From Candidatus Poribacteria bacterium (GTDB taxonomy: Bacteria; Poribacteria; WGA-4E; WGA-3G): DNA of 64,000 bases. The translations under genes and the position numbers were made by a program. Positions 47,858 to 57,380 of the stretch are shown here, piece by piece. The DNA is taken from the NCBI GenBank assembly GCA_965197475.1, contig CBDANF010000002.1, forward strand, positions 1,216,001 through 1,280,000. Direction: 5' to 3'. The notes below the pieces were generated by a model, which was not told where the DNA came from, searched no databases, and worked only from the letters and a program-made list of their open reading frames with translations. How positions within the stretch are numbered: the first letter of the stretch is position 1; every line of letters begins with the position of its first letter.

Positions 47858-48651
47858 GGTAATACAACTATTTTGGAGGGTATTGCCTAACTAATGATAT
47901 TCATGGTTTCCATTCCGCCAAGTTTTAAAATGTCAAACACGTCTCCATTAACACGAAATCGTGCGAACAAGGCAATCGTTAGGTTCACCATCTCCACACT
48001 TTTTGAAACAATAATGGACGGACGTTTGAACCGGCCGAACCAGTGCCGCATCAAGCAATTGTTGCGTTCAATGCGATGTGTCTCCGCCTTCGTTTGAACA
48101 TGTTTTGAAGCAGGTAGGATGGATTCGTCCACCTGCCACTTGTCGGTGTAGGACATTTTGACATTCAAGGCTTTGAGGCGATGCGTCAGTTTTTCAAGGG
48201 TTTCTGTGTTGCGTCCGCCGCATTGCCAATCTATGAGGTATCCTGTGTTCCTGTCAAGTGCTTTCCATATCCAAAGTTTGTTTTTCTTCTTTCCGATATA
48301 ATGCCACATTTCATCAAGCTCCAAAACTACGGTGGATCCGGGTGAAAATGTCCGTTTCGGGGCGTGTTTTTTCGCATAGGAGCGTCCCCATTTGAGAACA
48401 GTTGTTACATGAATGTTGAAGAGTTTTGAGATAGCATTCATTGAAATACCGTGGCAGTCCAAGAGCAGAGCGAGGGTTTTATGTGTCTGGGGTTTACCTC
48501 GTGGTGTTTTGCGTGTGAATTGATAGTGGCAACTTGGACATTTATAGCGTTGTTTTGCGTTGACGAACCCGTTTTTGACGAAGTGAATATGTTGACATCT
48601 TGGACACGCTTTCATGGTATCCTCCTGTGAGTAGAAATGAGTTGTTTTCAA
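47858..48651 (-). mobile_element. IS1-family element (one end visible)
   Basis: GGTAATAC... end at 47858. The other TIR was not confidently found. Confidence 0.65.
47887..48615 (-). CDS. IS1-family transposase (InsA-InsB in one frame)
   Basis: CPRC..VKNG..QRYKCPSC Zn finger, ELDEMWHYIGKK, WIWKA, YTDKW, THRIERNN. Confidence 0.88.
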   Translation of the reverse strand: MKACPRCQHIHFVKNGFVNAKQRYKCPSCHYQFTRKTPRGKPQTHKTLALLLDCHGISMNAISKLFNIHVTTVLKWGRSYAKKHAPKRTFSPGSTVVLELDEMWHYIGKKKNKLWIWKALDRNTGYLIDWQCGGRNTETLEKLTHRLKALNVKMSYTDKWQVDESILPASKHVQTKAETHRIERNNCLMRHWFGRFKRPSIIVSKSVEMVNLTIALFARFRVNGDVFDILKLGGMETMNIIS

Positions 48652-48680
48652 TGAGGATACAGGTTTTAGGCATATAAGTC

Positions 48681-48964
48681 AATGAAAATCAGTCTGATTT
48701 TTTCATTGACAACTCTCGTTATAAGTGTTATCATTACCGCAACTGAAATATGATGCAGCGCGGTTCAGAGGGTATCCCGCTAATTCTTGCATCATTATTT
48801 AACCAATACCCTCATATTTTGAAATGAAAATCAGTCTGATTTTTTCATTGACAACTCTCGTTATAAGTGTTATCATTACCGCAACTGAAATATGATGCAG
48901 CGCGGTTCAGAGGGTATCCCGCTAATTCTTGCATCATTATTTAACCAATACCCTCATATTTTGA
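48681..48964 (+). repeat. Perfect 142-bp tandem duplication of promoter plus leader
   Basis: 48681-48822 is identical to 48823-48964. Confidence 0.9.
48706..48734 (+). promoter_or_regulatory. Sigma70-type promoter of the LamG pair (second copy at 48848-48876)
   Basis: TTGACA-17 bp-TATCAT. An imperfect palindrome GTCAATGAAAATCAG-T-CTGATTTTTTCATTGAC overlaps the -35. Confidence 0.65.
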
Positions 48965-49014
48965 AATGTGAGCGAAAAGTTCACAGTCACTAACAATCTA
49001 AGGAGAAATTTAAA

Positions 49015-49824
49015 ATGCGTAACAAACTTTTACTTTCACTTTTCACCCTCATAATTGCTGTCCTTTTCAGTGCTATTGCAGCAGCGAGTTTACAAGATGG
49101 CTTAATTGTCTATTGGTCATTTGATGAATCGGATGGGCAAACTGCTTTCGACGTGTTAGGAAGTGGCAACGAAGCAACACTTACAGGTAGTGCCAGTTGG
49201 GATCCCAACGGTGGAAAAATTGGTGGTGCTTTGAAACTTGATGGCAGCGGTGATAGTTCCGCTGAAGATATCAACGGCGCAAACTACATCAATGGGCTTA
49301 ACGCTTTTACCGTCGCCCTCTGGATCAAATCCGCTGAAGTTGACTCCAACAAGGGCTTCATGCACGGTAAAGACCCTTCTGGTCAAGACAATACATTCAC
49401 CCTACGATACGATTCCGCAGGTGGTTCAGGAGGCGGTACTAATGTTATCAAAACAGGCATTACCACGACAGGAGGGGAAACCAGTTATGAGAGTGCAAGC
49501 GACGTGCAAACCACAGAGTGGCAACACATCGCGTTGACATGGAGCAGTGGCAACCAACTCGCACTCTACATTGATGGCGCACTTGATGAGCCAACAAATA
49601 ATAAAGATGCTGTTGAAGGCGAAGTGTCCGGTGTCACAAAATTCCTTATCGGCAAAGGTGGTAAAGATACCAACGCCTCATGGAACGGTCTTATTGACGA
49701 AGTTCATCTCTACAACCGGGTATTAGACGATGCAGAAATTACAAGTTTGGCATCTGGTTTTAATGCCACTCCTGTTGAAGCGCGTGGAAAGTTAGCAACT
49801 GTTTGGGGTAGCCTTAAGCGTTAA
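49015..49824 (+). CDS. Secreted LamG/concanavalin-A-like domain protein
   Basis: Signal peptide, LIVYWSFDE, GKIGGALKLDG, WQHIALTW, GLIDEVHLYNRVL, C-terminal VEARGKLATVWGSLKR. Confidence 0.88.
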   Translation: MRNKLLLSLFTLIIAVLFSAIAAASLQDGLIVYWSFDESDGQTAFDVLGSGNEATLTGSASWDPNGGKIGGALKLDGSGDSSAEDINGANYINGLNAFTVALWIKSAEVDSNKGFMHGKDPSGQDNTFTLRYDSAGGSGGGTNVIKTGITTTGGETSYESASDVQTTEWQHIALTWSSGNQLALYIDGALDEPTNNKDAVEGEVSGVTKFLIGKGGKDTNASWNGLIDEVHLYNRVLDDAEITSLASGFNATPVEARGKLATVWGSLKR

Positions 49825-49848
49825 TAGTGAACATTTTTGAATCACAAA

Positions 49849-49874
49849 GTAGGCGTGCTTCTTAGCGCGTCTAC
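49849..49874 (+). repeat. GTAG REP-like palindrome
   Basis: GTAGGCGTGCTTCTTAGCGCGTCTAC. Confidence 0.6.
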
Positions 49875-49901
49875 TACTGAAATCCTAAGGAGGAATTTAA
49901 A

Positions 49902-50717
49902 ATGCGTAACAAACTTTTCCTTTTACTCTTCACTCTCATTATTACCGTGTATTTTTGTTCAATTTCAGGTGCAGGTATAGATAGTGGGTTAATTGTCTAC
50001 TACCCATTTGATGAGGCTAATGGAGATACAGCATCTGATGATAGCAGAAACGATAACGACGCGAAACTTGTCGGCGGTGCCAGTTGGGAACCTAAGGATG
50101 GAAAAATTGATGGTGCTTTGAGACTTGATGGCACCGACAGTTCCGCTGAAGATGCCGATGGCGGTGATTATATCAACCGACTGGATGCGTTTTCAGTGTC
50201 CGTTTGGGTTAAATCTGATACCATTCCCCACGATAGAGGTATATTCAGTGCTGCAGATCCTGCTGGTCAAGACAATACATTTACCCTACGATATGATGCC
50301 GCTGGATTCAAAGTTCCAGCCGCCATAAGTCTTTTAAAAGCAGGTTTTACAACCACAGGTGGTGAAATTCAGTATGAAAGTGCCAACAACTTACAAACTA
50401 CAGAATGGCAGCACCTTGCTCTAACGTGGAGTAGTGGAAATCCTGTTGCACTTTATATTGATGCAGAACTTGATATTCCTCAATATAATCAAGATGTAAG
50501 AGATGGAACTATTTCTGGAGCGACTAAATATATTGTTGGAAAAGGGGGTAAGGACACTGGTGGCACCTCATGGCCAGGACTCATTGATGATGTTCGCCTC
50601 TACAATAGGGTTCTGAAGGAAAATGAAATTGCGGAGCTGGCTACCGGTGTTCTCGCTGTTGAAGCAAATGGAAAATTAGCAACTACCTGGGGACACCTAA
50701 AGCAGAAACGTTATTAA
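49902..50717 (+). CDS. Secreted LamG-like domain protein (tandem paralog)
   Basis: Paralog of 49015 with shared GQDNTFTLRYD and GKGGKDT, C-terminal VEANGKLATTWGHLKQ. Confidence 0.88.
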   Translation: MRNKLFLLLFTLIITVYFCSISGAGIDSGLIVYYPFDEANGDTASDDSRNDNDAKLVGGASWEPKDGKIDGALRLDGTDSSAEDADGGDYINRLDAFSVSVWVKSDTIPHDRGIFSAADPAGQDNTFTLRYDAAGFKVPAAISLLKAGFTTTGGEIQYESANNLQTTEWQHLALTWSSGNPVALYIDAELDIPQYNQDVRDGTISGATKYIVGKGGKDTGGTSWPGLIDDVRLYNRVLKENEIAELATGVLAVEANGKLATTWGHLKQKRY

Positions 50718-50810
50718 TTAGTACCCTATCCAAAATAGAAGGCAGGGCGTGCCTCCATCTGTTAGACAAGTATGGAAGCGCGCCCCTACAAGCAATAGTT
50801 GGGAATAGTT

Positions 50811-51209
50811 ATGCAATTACATCTTGATACGCTGCGAGCAGATAAGGGCACGTTTCGATATAGTATCCAACGTGAATTAGCGGAACTTTATCAAAAGGCT
50901 GAGGGAACTTATACGTTGGATAGCGAAATTGATGCTATCCCGGAATCAGCATACAATGACGCTCTCTTTTTACTTGAGATTCTTTTCAATTCCAGTATTC
51001 CGATGCCAGACATCAATCAGACAAAACACGGCAGCCTTAGTCTAAATTGGTATCCAGAAAAAGGCACAGCGACGATGAATCTCTGCGGCGATGGACTTGT
51101 TGTCTACAACGCTTTTTTCAATGAAGATCGTCAAGATGAGGGTGCTTGTGTTTTGACAGATACTGCTGCGCTTGATGAACTTCTTGGTGCGTTGCGCTGC
51201 GTTTATTGA
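50811..51209 (+). CDS. Orphan cassette protein A paralog (copy 4, no B partner)
   Basis: ADKGTFR..QRELAEL, EIDAIPESAYNDALFLLEILF..PMPDI, GSLSLNWYP, GD.LVVYNAFF. Confidence 0.75.
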   Translation: MQLHLDTLRADKGTFRYSIQRELAELYQKAEGTYTLDSEIDAIPESAYNDALFLLEILFNSSIPMPDINQTKHGSLSLNWYPEKGTATMNLCGDGLVVYNAFFNEDRQDEGACVLTDTAALDELLGALRCVY

Positions 51210-51306
51210 CGAATACCTTTAAACATTTATACCACTAAGAGTACTAAAATTTTTTGATGTATAGACACATTTTATATTGACACACAGAATTGGAGATAGA
51301 ACTTAA

Positions 51307-53763
51307 ATGAAAAGCGACGCGCACGCTTCTAAAGCGCGCTTATCCGAAAATACAACACGTATTCTTGAAAATCTTCTCGGTTGCAAACTTGAAGATGTAA
51401 CTGAAGGAATGGATTTCAACTCCGATTCCTTAGAAACTTTCCTCGCCTCACTTCCAACAGATTCCCTTGAAAACTACTTGACACCGCAATGGGTAGTGCT
51501 TGCTGCTGGCAAAGGTACGCGCATTGATCCCACTAGTCGTTTAAGCAAGACGTTGGACATAATGTTCGGTGAACAGAACATGCTGCAACACTCACGCTGT
51601 TATCTGCCGGGGAATCTTCCGCATATTGTTGTTATCAATCCTCAGATGGCTGCCCGATTAGTTGACATGGAATCATCTGAGCAGCTACTCAGTGGCAATG
51701 CTATCACTTGTATTCAAGAAGAAATGAATGGCACAGGTGGTGCGTTGCAAGCGGCACTTCCCGAACTTCGTGAGTCAAACGCAGAATGGGTCGGTGTAGC
51801 ATTCGGTGATGAACCTTTTTTGGAGAAAGCCATCTTTGCACAGACGCTAATATCACATTTTCTCTCTGGGGCAGATGTTACCCTATGTGGCAAGATACCT
51901 GATACTGTTGTTGATAAAGGTGGTCTGTTTTTTGATGCAGACAGCAAATTCATCGGGACAAAAGAGTGGTACGATATGACAGCGGCTGAGAAAACAGAGA
52001 TGTGGCAACGTTTAGAGCGCGGTGAAGCATATACCAATACTGGGATCACGATCATTCGCAAAAGCTTGATGTTGGAACGGATAGATCGGTTGCAACCCCA
52101 TACAAACCGAAATGGCGAACTTCACCACGTCGATCTAATTCGACTCTGTTATGAAGATGGTTTGAAAACAAACGCTTTTATCTACCGTGGGAAAGTCCTG
52201 TCAGGGGTAAATCGGTGGTCAAACGTCTTGACAGGTGAACAGATGTTATATGCAAAGACTCGCGAATTTCTTGCGGGGAAAGGTGTTCGCGTTGATTCCG
52301 CATCACAAATTACATTAGGTAGTGAGGATATTGAAATTGGGGCGGCATGTTATCTTATCGGCAGAATTCATTTAGGAAAAGGTGTCAAGATTGGTGATTA
52401 TTGTAGACTTGAAAATGTATCTCTGACCGGTGCCACAAATGTAGGTGATGCTGTTGGGATGCAGCATGTGACTGCGATTGATAGTATTTTTGAATCGAAT
52501 CAGATACCTTTGACTTTGGGCAAACCTGTCAGCGGACTTGCGACAGGCAGTCGTATCATAAATTGTTCATTTGATAGTGTTGTAGTAGGCAGCAGTGTCC
52601 AGCTATCAGATATTCGTGCACATGCAACAATAATTCCATCTGATATCCGACTGAAAAATCAAACATTAGGTGTTCCTTTTGCCGTGTCCCCACTTGATGT
52701 GCCGAGTTCTCTTTTCAATCAAATTATTCCTTCCAACTATAGACCCGGCGTTTTTACATTTGGCGAAAAGAAAGATTTGCCAGATTGGGAAAACCTTCGA
52801 GAACATGTCCGTTCACATAGTGCTTCAGAATTGATACCTCGTGCGACGCGCAATATGCAAGTGCAAGAAAACGTTTGCAACGCAGTGAATACGTTAATGG
52901 ACATACGACGTGCGAATGGGGATTATCTGATTGAATCTCTTACGCCTGAAGAACTGTGGGGAAGTATCTTTGAGATGGTGAAACTACATACGGGCAATCC
53001 GAACCCTTACCATCACGATAAACTAAAGGCACGGGAAACAGCACTTGACTTGATGCTGGAATTTTGGAGTGACAATTGGTTGACAAGGTTAAAACTTGTT
53101 GTAGCAGGGAATGTAATTGACTATAGTAGTGCGCGGGTTGTCCAAAAGGTGAATGCTAATCCTGACTATTTTTCCCAAGCACTCCGTGCAGCGGTTGAAA
53201 CGCCTTTCGCCATTGATTGTTATGAACTGTTCCACGAAAAAGTTATTGATGCTGCTCCTCAGCAGATTCTGTGGCTTGTTGACAACGATGGCGAAGTTGT
53301 CTTTGATATTGCTTTCATTCTGGAACTTGTTGAATGTGGACATCAAATATGTATTGTAGGAAAAGCGGACAACGCTAGCAACGATGTTACACTGGAAGAT
53401 TTGCATGACATTACACAATATTCGCAATTCGGAGCATTTCAGTGGGCAATTGAGGAGGGTATGGTTACACTTATTTCGTCTGGTGCGAAGACAATAGGCA
53501 CCAATCTCTATAATGCTACTCCCGAATTTATCAATGCGTTGTTAGACGCTGACCTTGTTATCTCAAAAGGACAAGGAAATTTCTTTACCACGCCCGGATG
53601 GCATAAAGACACCTTTTATCTGCTTATGTCTAAAGGATTAACTGCTGAACGAAGCACTGGTGTGGTAGCAGATAGAAATCTACTTGTTGATGGACTTATT
53701 TTGGCATATCTTCCAAGTGGAACAAAACGCGTGGCGACGCTACAAGACCTCTGTAACCTTTGA
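51307..53763 (+). CDS. GlmU-like NTP-transferase/LbH domain fused to ARMT1/DUF89 phosphatase domain
   Basis: VVLAAGKGTR, QEEMNGTGGA, FGDEP, NTG, hexapeptide region. C-terminal GNVIDY, LVDNDGEVVFD, NDVT, LVISKGQGNF. Confidence 0.78.
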   Translation: MKSDAHASKARLSENTTRILENLLGCKLEDVTEGMDFNSDSLETFLASLPTDSLENYLTPQWVVLAAGKGTRIDPTSRLSKTLDIMFGEQNMLQHSRCYLPGNLPHIVVINPQMAARLVDMESSEQLLSGNAITCIQEEMNGTGGALQAALPELRESNAEWVGVAFGDEPFLEKAIFAQTLISHFLSGADVTLCGKIPDTVVDKGGLFFDADSKFIGTKEWYDMTAAEKTEMWQRLERGEAYTNTGITIIRKSLMLERIDRLQPHTNRNGELHHVDLIRLCYEDGLKTNAFIYRGKVLSGVNRWSNVLTGEQMLYAKTREFLAGKGVRVDSASQITLGSEDIEIGAACYLIGRIHLGKGVKIGDYCRLENVSLTGATNVGDAVGMQHVTAIDSIFESNQIPLTLGKPVSGLATGSRIINCSFDSVVVGSSVQLSDIRAHATIIPSDIRLKNQTLGVPFAVSPLDVPSSLFNQIIPSNYRPGVFTFGEKKDLPDWENLREHVRSHSASELIPRATRNMQVQENVCNAVNTLMDIRRANGDYLIESLTPEELWGSIFEMVKLHTGNPNPYHHDKLKARETALDLMLEFWSDNWLTRLKLVVAGNVIDYSSARVVQKVNANPDYFSQALRAAVETPFAIDCYELFHEKVIDAAPQQILWLVDNDGEVVFDIAFILELVECGHQICIVGKADNASNDVTLEDLHDITQYSQFGAFQWAIEEGMVTLISSGAKTIGTNLYNATPEFINALLDADLVISKGQGNFFTTPGWHKDTFYLLMSKGLTAERSTGVVADRNLLVDGLILAYLPSGTKRVATLQDLCNL

Positions 53764-55116
53764 AATCGTAAACTCTCGCTTTCCAGACACAGGAAGTGGG
53801 ATCTCATCCACAAATTCCATAGCTACAGTAACTTCTGCTCCAAGCACATCTTGGATTTTCTGGATAATGTAAGTGCCTGTTTCCTTTGTCCACTGTTCAT
53901 TAACAACAAGTTTCAATACACACTTCTCAAACGTCTCCTGAATTAATTGAAATTGGCTTACACCGACAGTGTTATAGAAATGTTGGGTGAAGTATCCGCC
54001 GTGTATCAACGTTCCTGTATTTGTTCGGAAAGTCGCAGTGCTACGACCAAGAAGTTCTGCCAAAATAGGTAGATGGTTACCACACGGACACGTCCCTTCT
54101 GAAAGGCGACCGATATCCCCGATTCTATAGCGAATAAATGGCATTGTGTAGTTGTTCAATTGCGTAACGAGCAGATCGCCAGGTTTGGTATAGGGATCAG
54201 GACTATCAACCTCAAGATAAATGTCGCGGCAGTTGATATGCATGTGTCCTTCTGCACATTCCATAGCGATTAATCCGACTTCTCTCCCGCCGTATCGGTT
54301 GTAAATCTTTGTGTTAAAGACTGTTTCAGCAAGTGATCGGTAATGCGGGTGTAACATCTCTGCAGATGAGATTATGCCTTTCAAATCCCATTTCTGTGCT
54401 AAATTATTGTCAGAGAGAAATTTGGCAAATTGATACAATGACGATGGATAGGTAAGAATTGTTTTGGGTTGCCTCTGTTGCATCTTATTGAATGTTGTGT
54501 GCATAGCAGAATCTGTGAGATTAAATCCGTTAAGCCAGTCCTGATTTCGCCAATAACGGTTCAGATTCTGTTTCCAATTGCCATTTTCGTTGACATCCGC
54601 GAGTGCTCCCCAGATAATTAGCTGCGGTTCTCCAAAATCCCATCCTGCCCACTTGTCAAAGTAGTAGACACTCAAATTTCGCTGATTCCAATATTCCCTG
54701 TCTTGATGAAATGTAAGTGGCGTACCTGTAGAACCACCTGTCGCATTCATAATCCGTTTCTGCGGTGGAATTGCTTCAGAACAGAGATTTTCAAGTTGTT
54801 CTCGGATTGTCTGTTTTTCGAGCGGCGGAATTCTTGATATGTCAATGGTACTGGGATTAATTTTTCGGAACAGGAAATCTTGATTCAAACCAAGTTTATT
54901 GAAAAGTTCGCGGTAGTATGGTGTCGTTTGGTTTGCATGCTGAATAAGTTGTTTCAAACGTTCACTTTGAAACTTTAAAATCGTTTCGCGTGGCGCATTG
55001 AACAATGCATCTCTTTCTGAAAGTTGGGAACGGTAACGTATACCTTTGCGGTAAGTATTGTATGCATGCCAAGCGGCTTTTGAGAATAGCACTTTGGCTG
55101 AACGATTGATTGACAT
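53740..55116 (-). CDS. Phenylacetate-CoA ligase-family (CapK-like) adenylate-forming enzyme
   Basis: TGGSTGTP, YPSS, SSAE, YGGRE, PFIRYRIGD, LGR, SGK. Confidence 0.85.
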   Translation of the reverse strand: MSINRSAKVLFSKAAWHAYNTYRKGIRYRSQLSERDALFNAPRETILKFQSERLKQLIQHANQTTPYYRELFNKLGLNQDFLFRKINPSTIDISRIPPLEKQTIREQLENLCSEAIPPQKRIMNATGGSTGTPLTFHQDREYWNQRNLSVYYFDKWAGWDFGEPQLIIWGALADVNENGNWKQNLNRYWRNQDWLNGFNLTDSAMHTTFNKMQQRQPKTILTYPSSLYQFAKFLSDNNLAQKWDLKGIISSAEMLHPHYRSLAETVFNTKIYNRYGGREVGLIAMECAEGHMHINCRDIYLEVDSPDPYTKPGDLLVTQLNNYTMPFIRYRIGDIGRLSEGTCPCGNHLPILAELLGRSTATFRTNTGTLIHGGYFTQHFYNTVGVSQFQLIQETFEKCVLKLVVNEQWTKETGTYIIQKIQDVLGAEVTVAMEFVDEIPLPVSGKREFTISKVTEVL

Positions 55117-55202
55117 AATCTAATATTTTTGAACGTCTAAATATCCGACATTGATCGGACATTTAGACGCATTTTAGGCGAAAGGATATGTTTGGAAGAA
55201 GG

Positions 55203-56690
55203 TCAAGAACGTCCTCTGATGGGATCAATATGTGGTGAATATCCAGGTGGTAACTGATCACTTGAAGAACGTCCATCTTGGAAAAGTTGATCTGCGTCCG
55301 GATTTTCCGGTTCGATAGGTTGTGGGAATTCGCGCCACGCATTCCCATCAAGTGGAAGATCGTAACCATCCTCTCTGAACCAGTTAATCAACCGTTCCCG
55401 ATAATCTCTTAACGTTCGACCGTATCCGGGATTACCAACGAGGTTTCGCTCATCAAGCCGTCCGGCGAGACGTCTGAAAAGCCATTCTTGCTGATCGGCA
55501 GCGGAATAGATGTATTTGTATTCAGATGTCAAAAGCATATACATACCTCTCCCTTCATGCGCCAATTGTCCAACAATCGCATCCCGTTCAGTATTGCCGG
55601 AAGCAATATCAGCGAGGTCAACCCCGCTACGATCAGTATCTGGTGTTAACCCTGCTGCACCCAGACTGGTGGGAAGCACATCAACAAGACTCGTAGGCGT
55701 ATCACATTGGACGTTTGCCTCAAAACGTTCAGGATACCGGACAAGCAGCGGTACTCTTGCTGCAACGTCAAGGAAGGAACGTTTGCCGTAACAGTCATAA
55801 TCCCCAAGTAGTTCTCCATGGTCGGAAGTGAAAAGTATCAACGTATTGTCAAGTTCACCTTCAGATTCAAGATAGTCAAGAATACGACCGACTTGGTAGT
55901 CAATGAAAGAGATAGCAGCATAGTATGCAGCCCGCATTGTCCGAAGAAGATTCATATCTCTGCCTTGGTCGCGGTATTTGTAGCGATTCTGATACCGGTT
56001 CCAGTAGGTGTGCAGATGCTCATAGTCTGGTGGTAGGAATGGAAGAGGCATTTCGACTGTTCTGTAGAGTCTGTTCCAAGGCACAGGGGATTCAAATGGC
56101 GGATGTGGTTTAATGAAACTACTCCAACACAAAAAGGGTCTACTCGTATCTCGCTGGGAGAGGAACTGAAGTGTTTTATCGCCAACCCATTGCGTGTGAT
56201 GAAGTCGGGCAGGAAGTTGTGAAGGTTGTGGGATATAGTAGTATTCACTCCGTTCTCCGTGCGGCGCAATGATATGATCAAATCCGTTTTCATGGATGGA
56301 CTGTGTAAAATCATCGGGCCCGGGTCCTTCCTCTGAAAAATCTCTGGTTTCAAATCCCCACATTTTGCGTCCTTGTGGCGTAAAGTGCATTTTGCCGATG
56401 CCGTGTGTCTGATAGCCTACCTCGTTTAGCAAATCCATTACTGAAGAACGATCTTGTGGCATCGCTGAATTGGTCGTGCAGCCAGTTTCATGCGGCCACT
56501 GCCCAAGCAGAAAACTACAACGAGATGCCACGCACACAGGGGAAGGACAATATGCCGAAGTAAAACTTGTTCCTTCTCTAACAATTCTATCAAGTGCAGG
56601 TGTCTGAATAACTGAATTTCCGAGTGCTCCAACAGTGTCAAAACGCTGCTGATCTGTCATGAGAAAAATAATATTCGGTTTTTTTGCCAT
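55203..56690 (-). CDS. Sulfatase (FGly-dependent)
   Basis: KPNIIFLMTDQQR, CVASR, GKMH, KPHPP, TSDHGE. Start MAKKPN. Confidence 0.9.
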   Translation of the reverse strand: MAKKPNIIFLMTDQQRFDTVGALGNSVIQTPALDRIVREGTSFTSAYCPSPVCVASRCSFLLGQWPHETGCTTNSAMPQDRSSVMDLLNEVGYQTHGIGKMHFTPQGRKMWGFETRDFSEEGPGPDDFTQSIHENGFDHIIAPHGERSEYYYIPQPSQLPARLHHTQWVGDKTLQFLSQRDTSRPFLCWSSFIKPHPPFESPVPWNRLYRTVEMPLPFLPPDYEHLHTYWNRYQNRYKYRDQGRDMNLLRTMRAAYYAAISFIDYQVGRILDYLESEGELDNTLILFTSDHGELLGDYDCYGKRSFLDVAARVPLLVRYPERFEANVQCDTPTSLVDVLPTSLGAAGLTPDTDRSGVDLADIASGNTERDAIVGQLAHEGRGMYMLLTSEYKYIYSAADQQEWLFRRLAGRLDERNLVGNPGYGRTLRDYRERLINWFREDGYDLPLDGNAWREFPQPIEPENPDADQLFQDGRSSSDQLPPGYSPHIDPIRGRS

Positions 56691-57167
56691 GAGATGTTCC
56701 GGTCCTTTCTTAAATGAAGATGTTTGGTTTGCTATGGATGTATAGCAACAGCATATCACTTTTTCAAACAGAACACAATTAATATTTCTATTATGAATGT
56801 AGGCAGCAACGGATTCAGCAATGAGAATCACGTTCGGTATGGTCAATTTTGGGTTGAAATTCAATTTGATGTGTGGTATCATTTATTGTTGGAACTATGG
56901 GTAAATAACGAAGGTTCGCCGTATGATGATCACCACAGCACGATGGGATTGAGAATCATTGAAGTTATTGTCAAAAGTTGAATTCACATTCCAATTTCTT
57001 ACTAATTCTTGTTCAATTTCCTATTTTGTCGCATGCAACCTAATCGCTGCTCCTACCGTCTTTATGACAACTTCTAACTGGGAAACGTTAAACACATTGT
57101 GACAAATTTTCGATTTAGACACATTCTCGGTAGAATCTGCAAACATCCAGAATAGAATTGTAAACAA

Positions 57168-57380
57168 ATGCAAAAATGGTACGAAAACAGCGCACTTTTG
57201 AACATTTTAATTGTCTTAATGATCGTATGTTTTGTTGCGTACTACTTCTATCACTGGAAGTGGGGATTACCACTATTTCTTACCTTCGGTACAGCCATTA
57301 TGATAAGAGGTGTGACAAAAATAACGATGTGGATGCGCGGCAATAAAACCAAGCCAGATTCACAAAACAAGGAGATATAA
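57168..57380 (+). CDS. Small two-TM membrane protein
   Basis: Hydrophobic 70-aa ORF. Stop overlaps the next ATG. Confidence 0.55.
   Translation: MQKWYENSALLNILIVLMIVCFVAYYFYHWKWGLPLFLTFGTAIMIRGVTKITMWMRGNKTKPDSQNKEI

Noticed and set aside
48727-48738. GTTATCATTACC as the second IS1 terminal repeat
   Set aside because: Only a 6-bp match to GGTAATAC, no TSD, and it coincides with the -10 of the duplicated promoter.
56691-57167. Upstream extension of the sulfatase ORF or a small gene in this gap
   Set aside because: The sulfatase starts at MAKKPN (56690) behind an RBS, and no convincing ORF was found in the gap.
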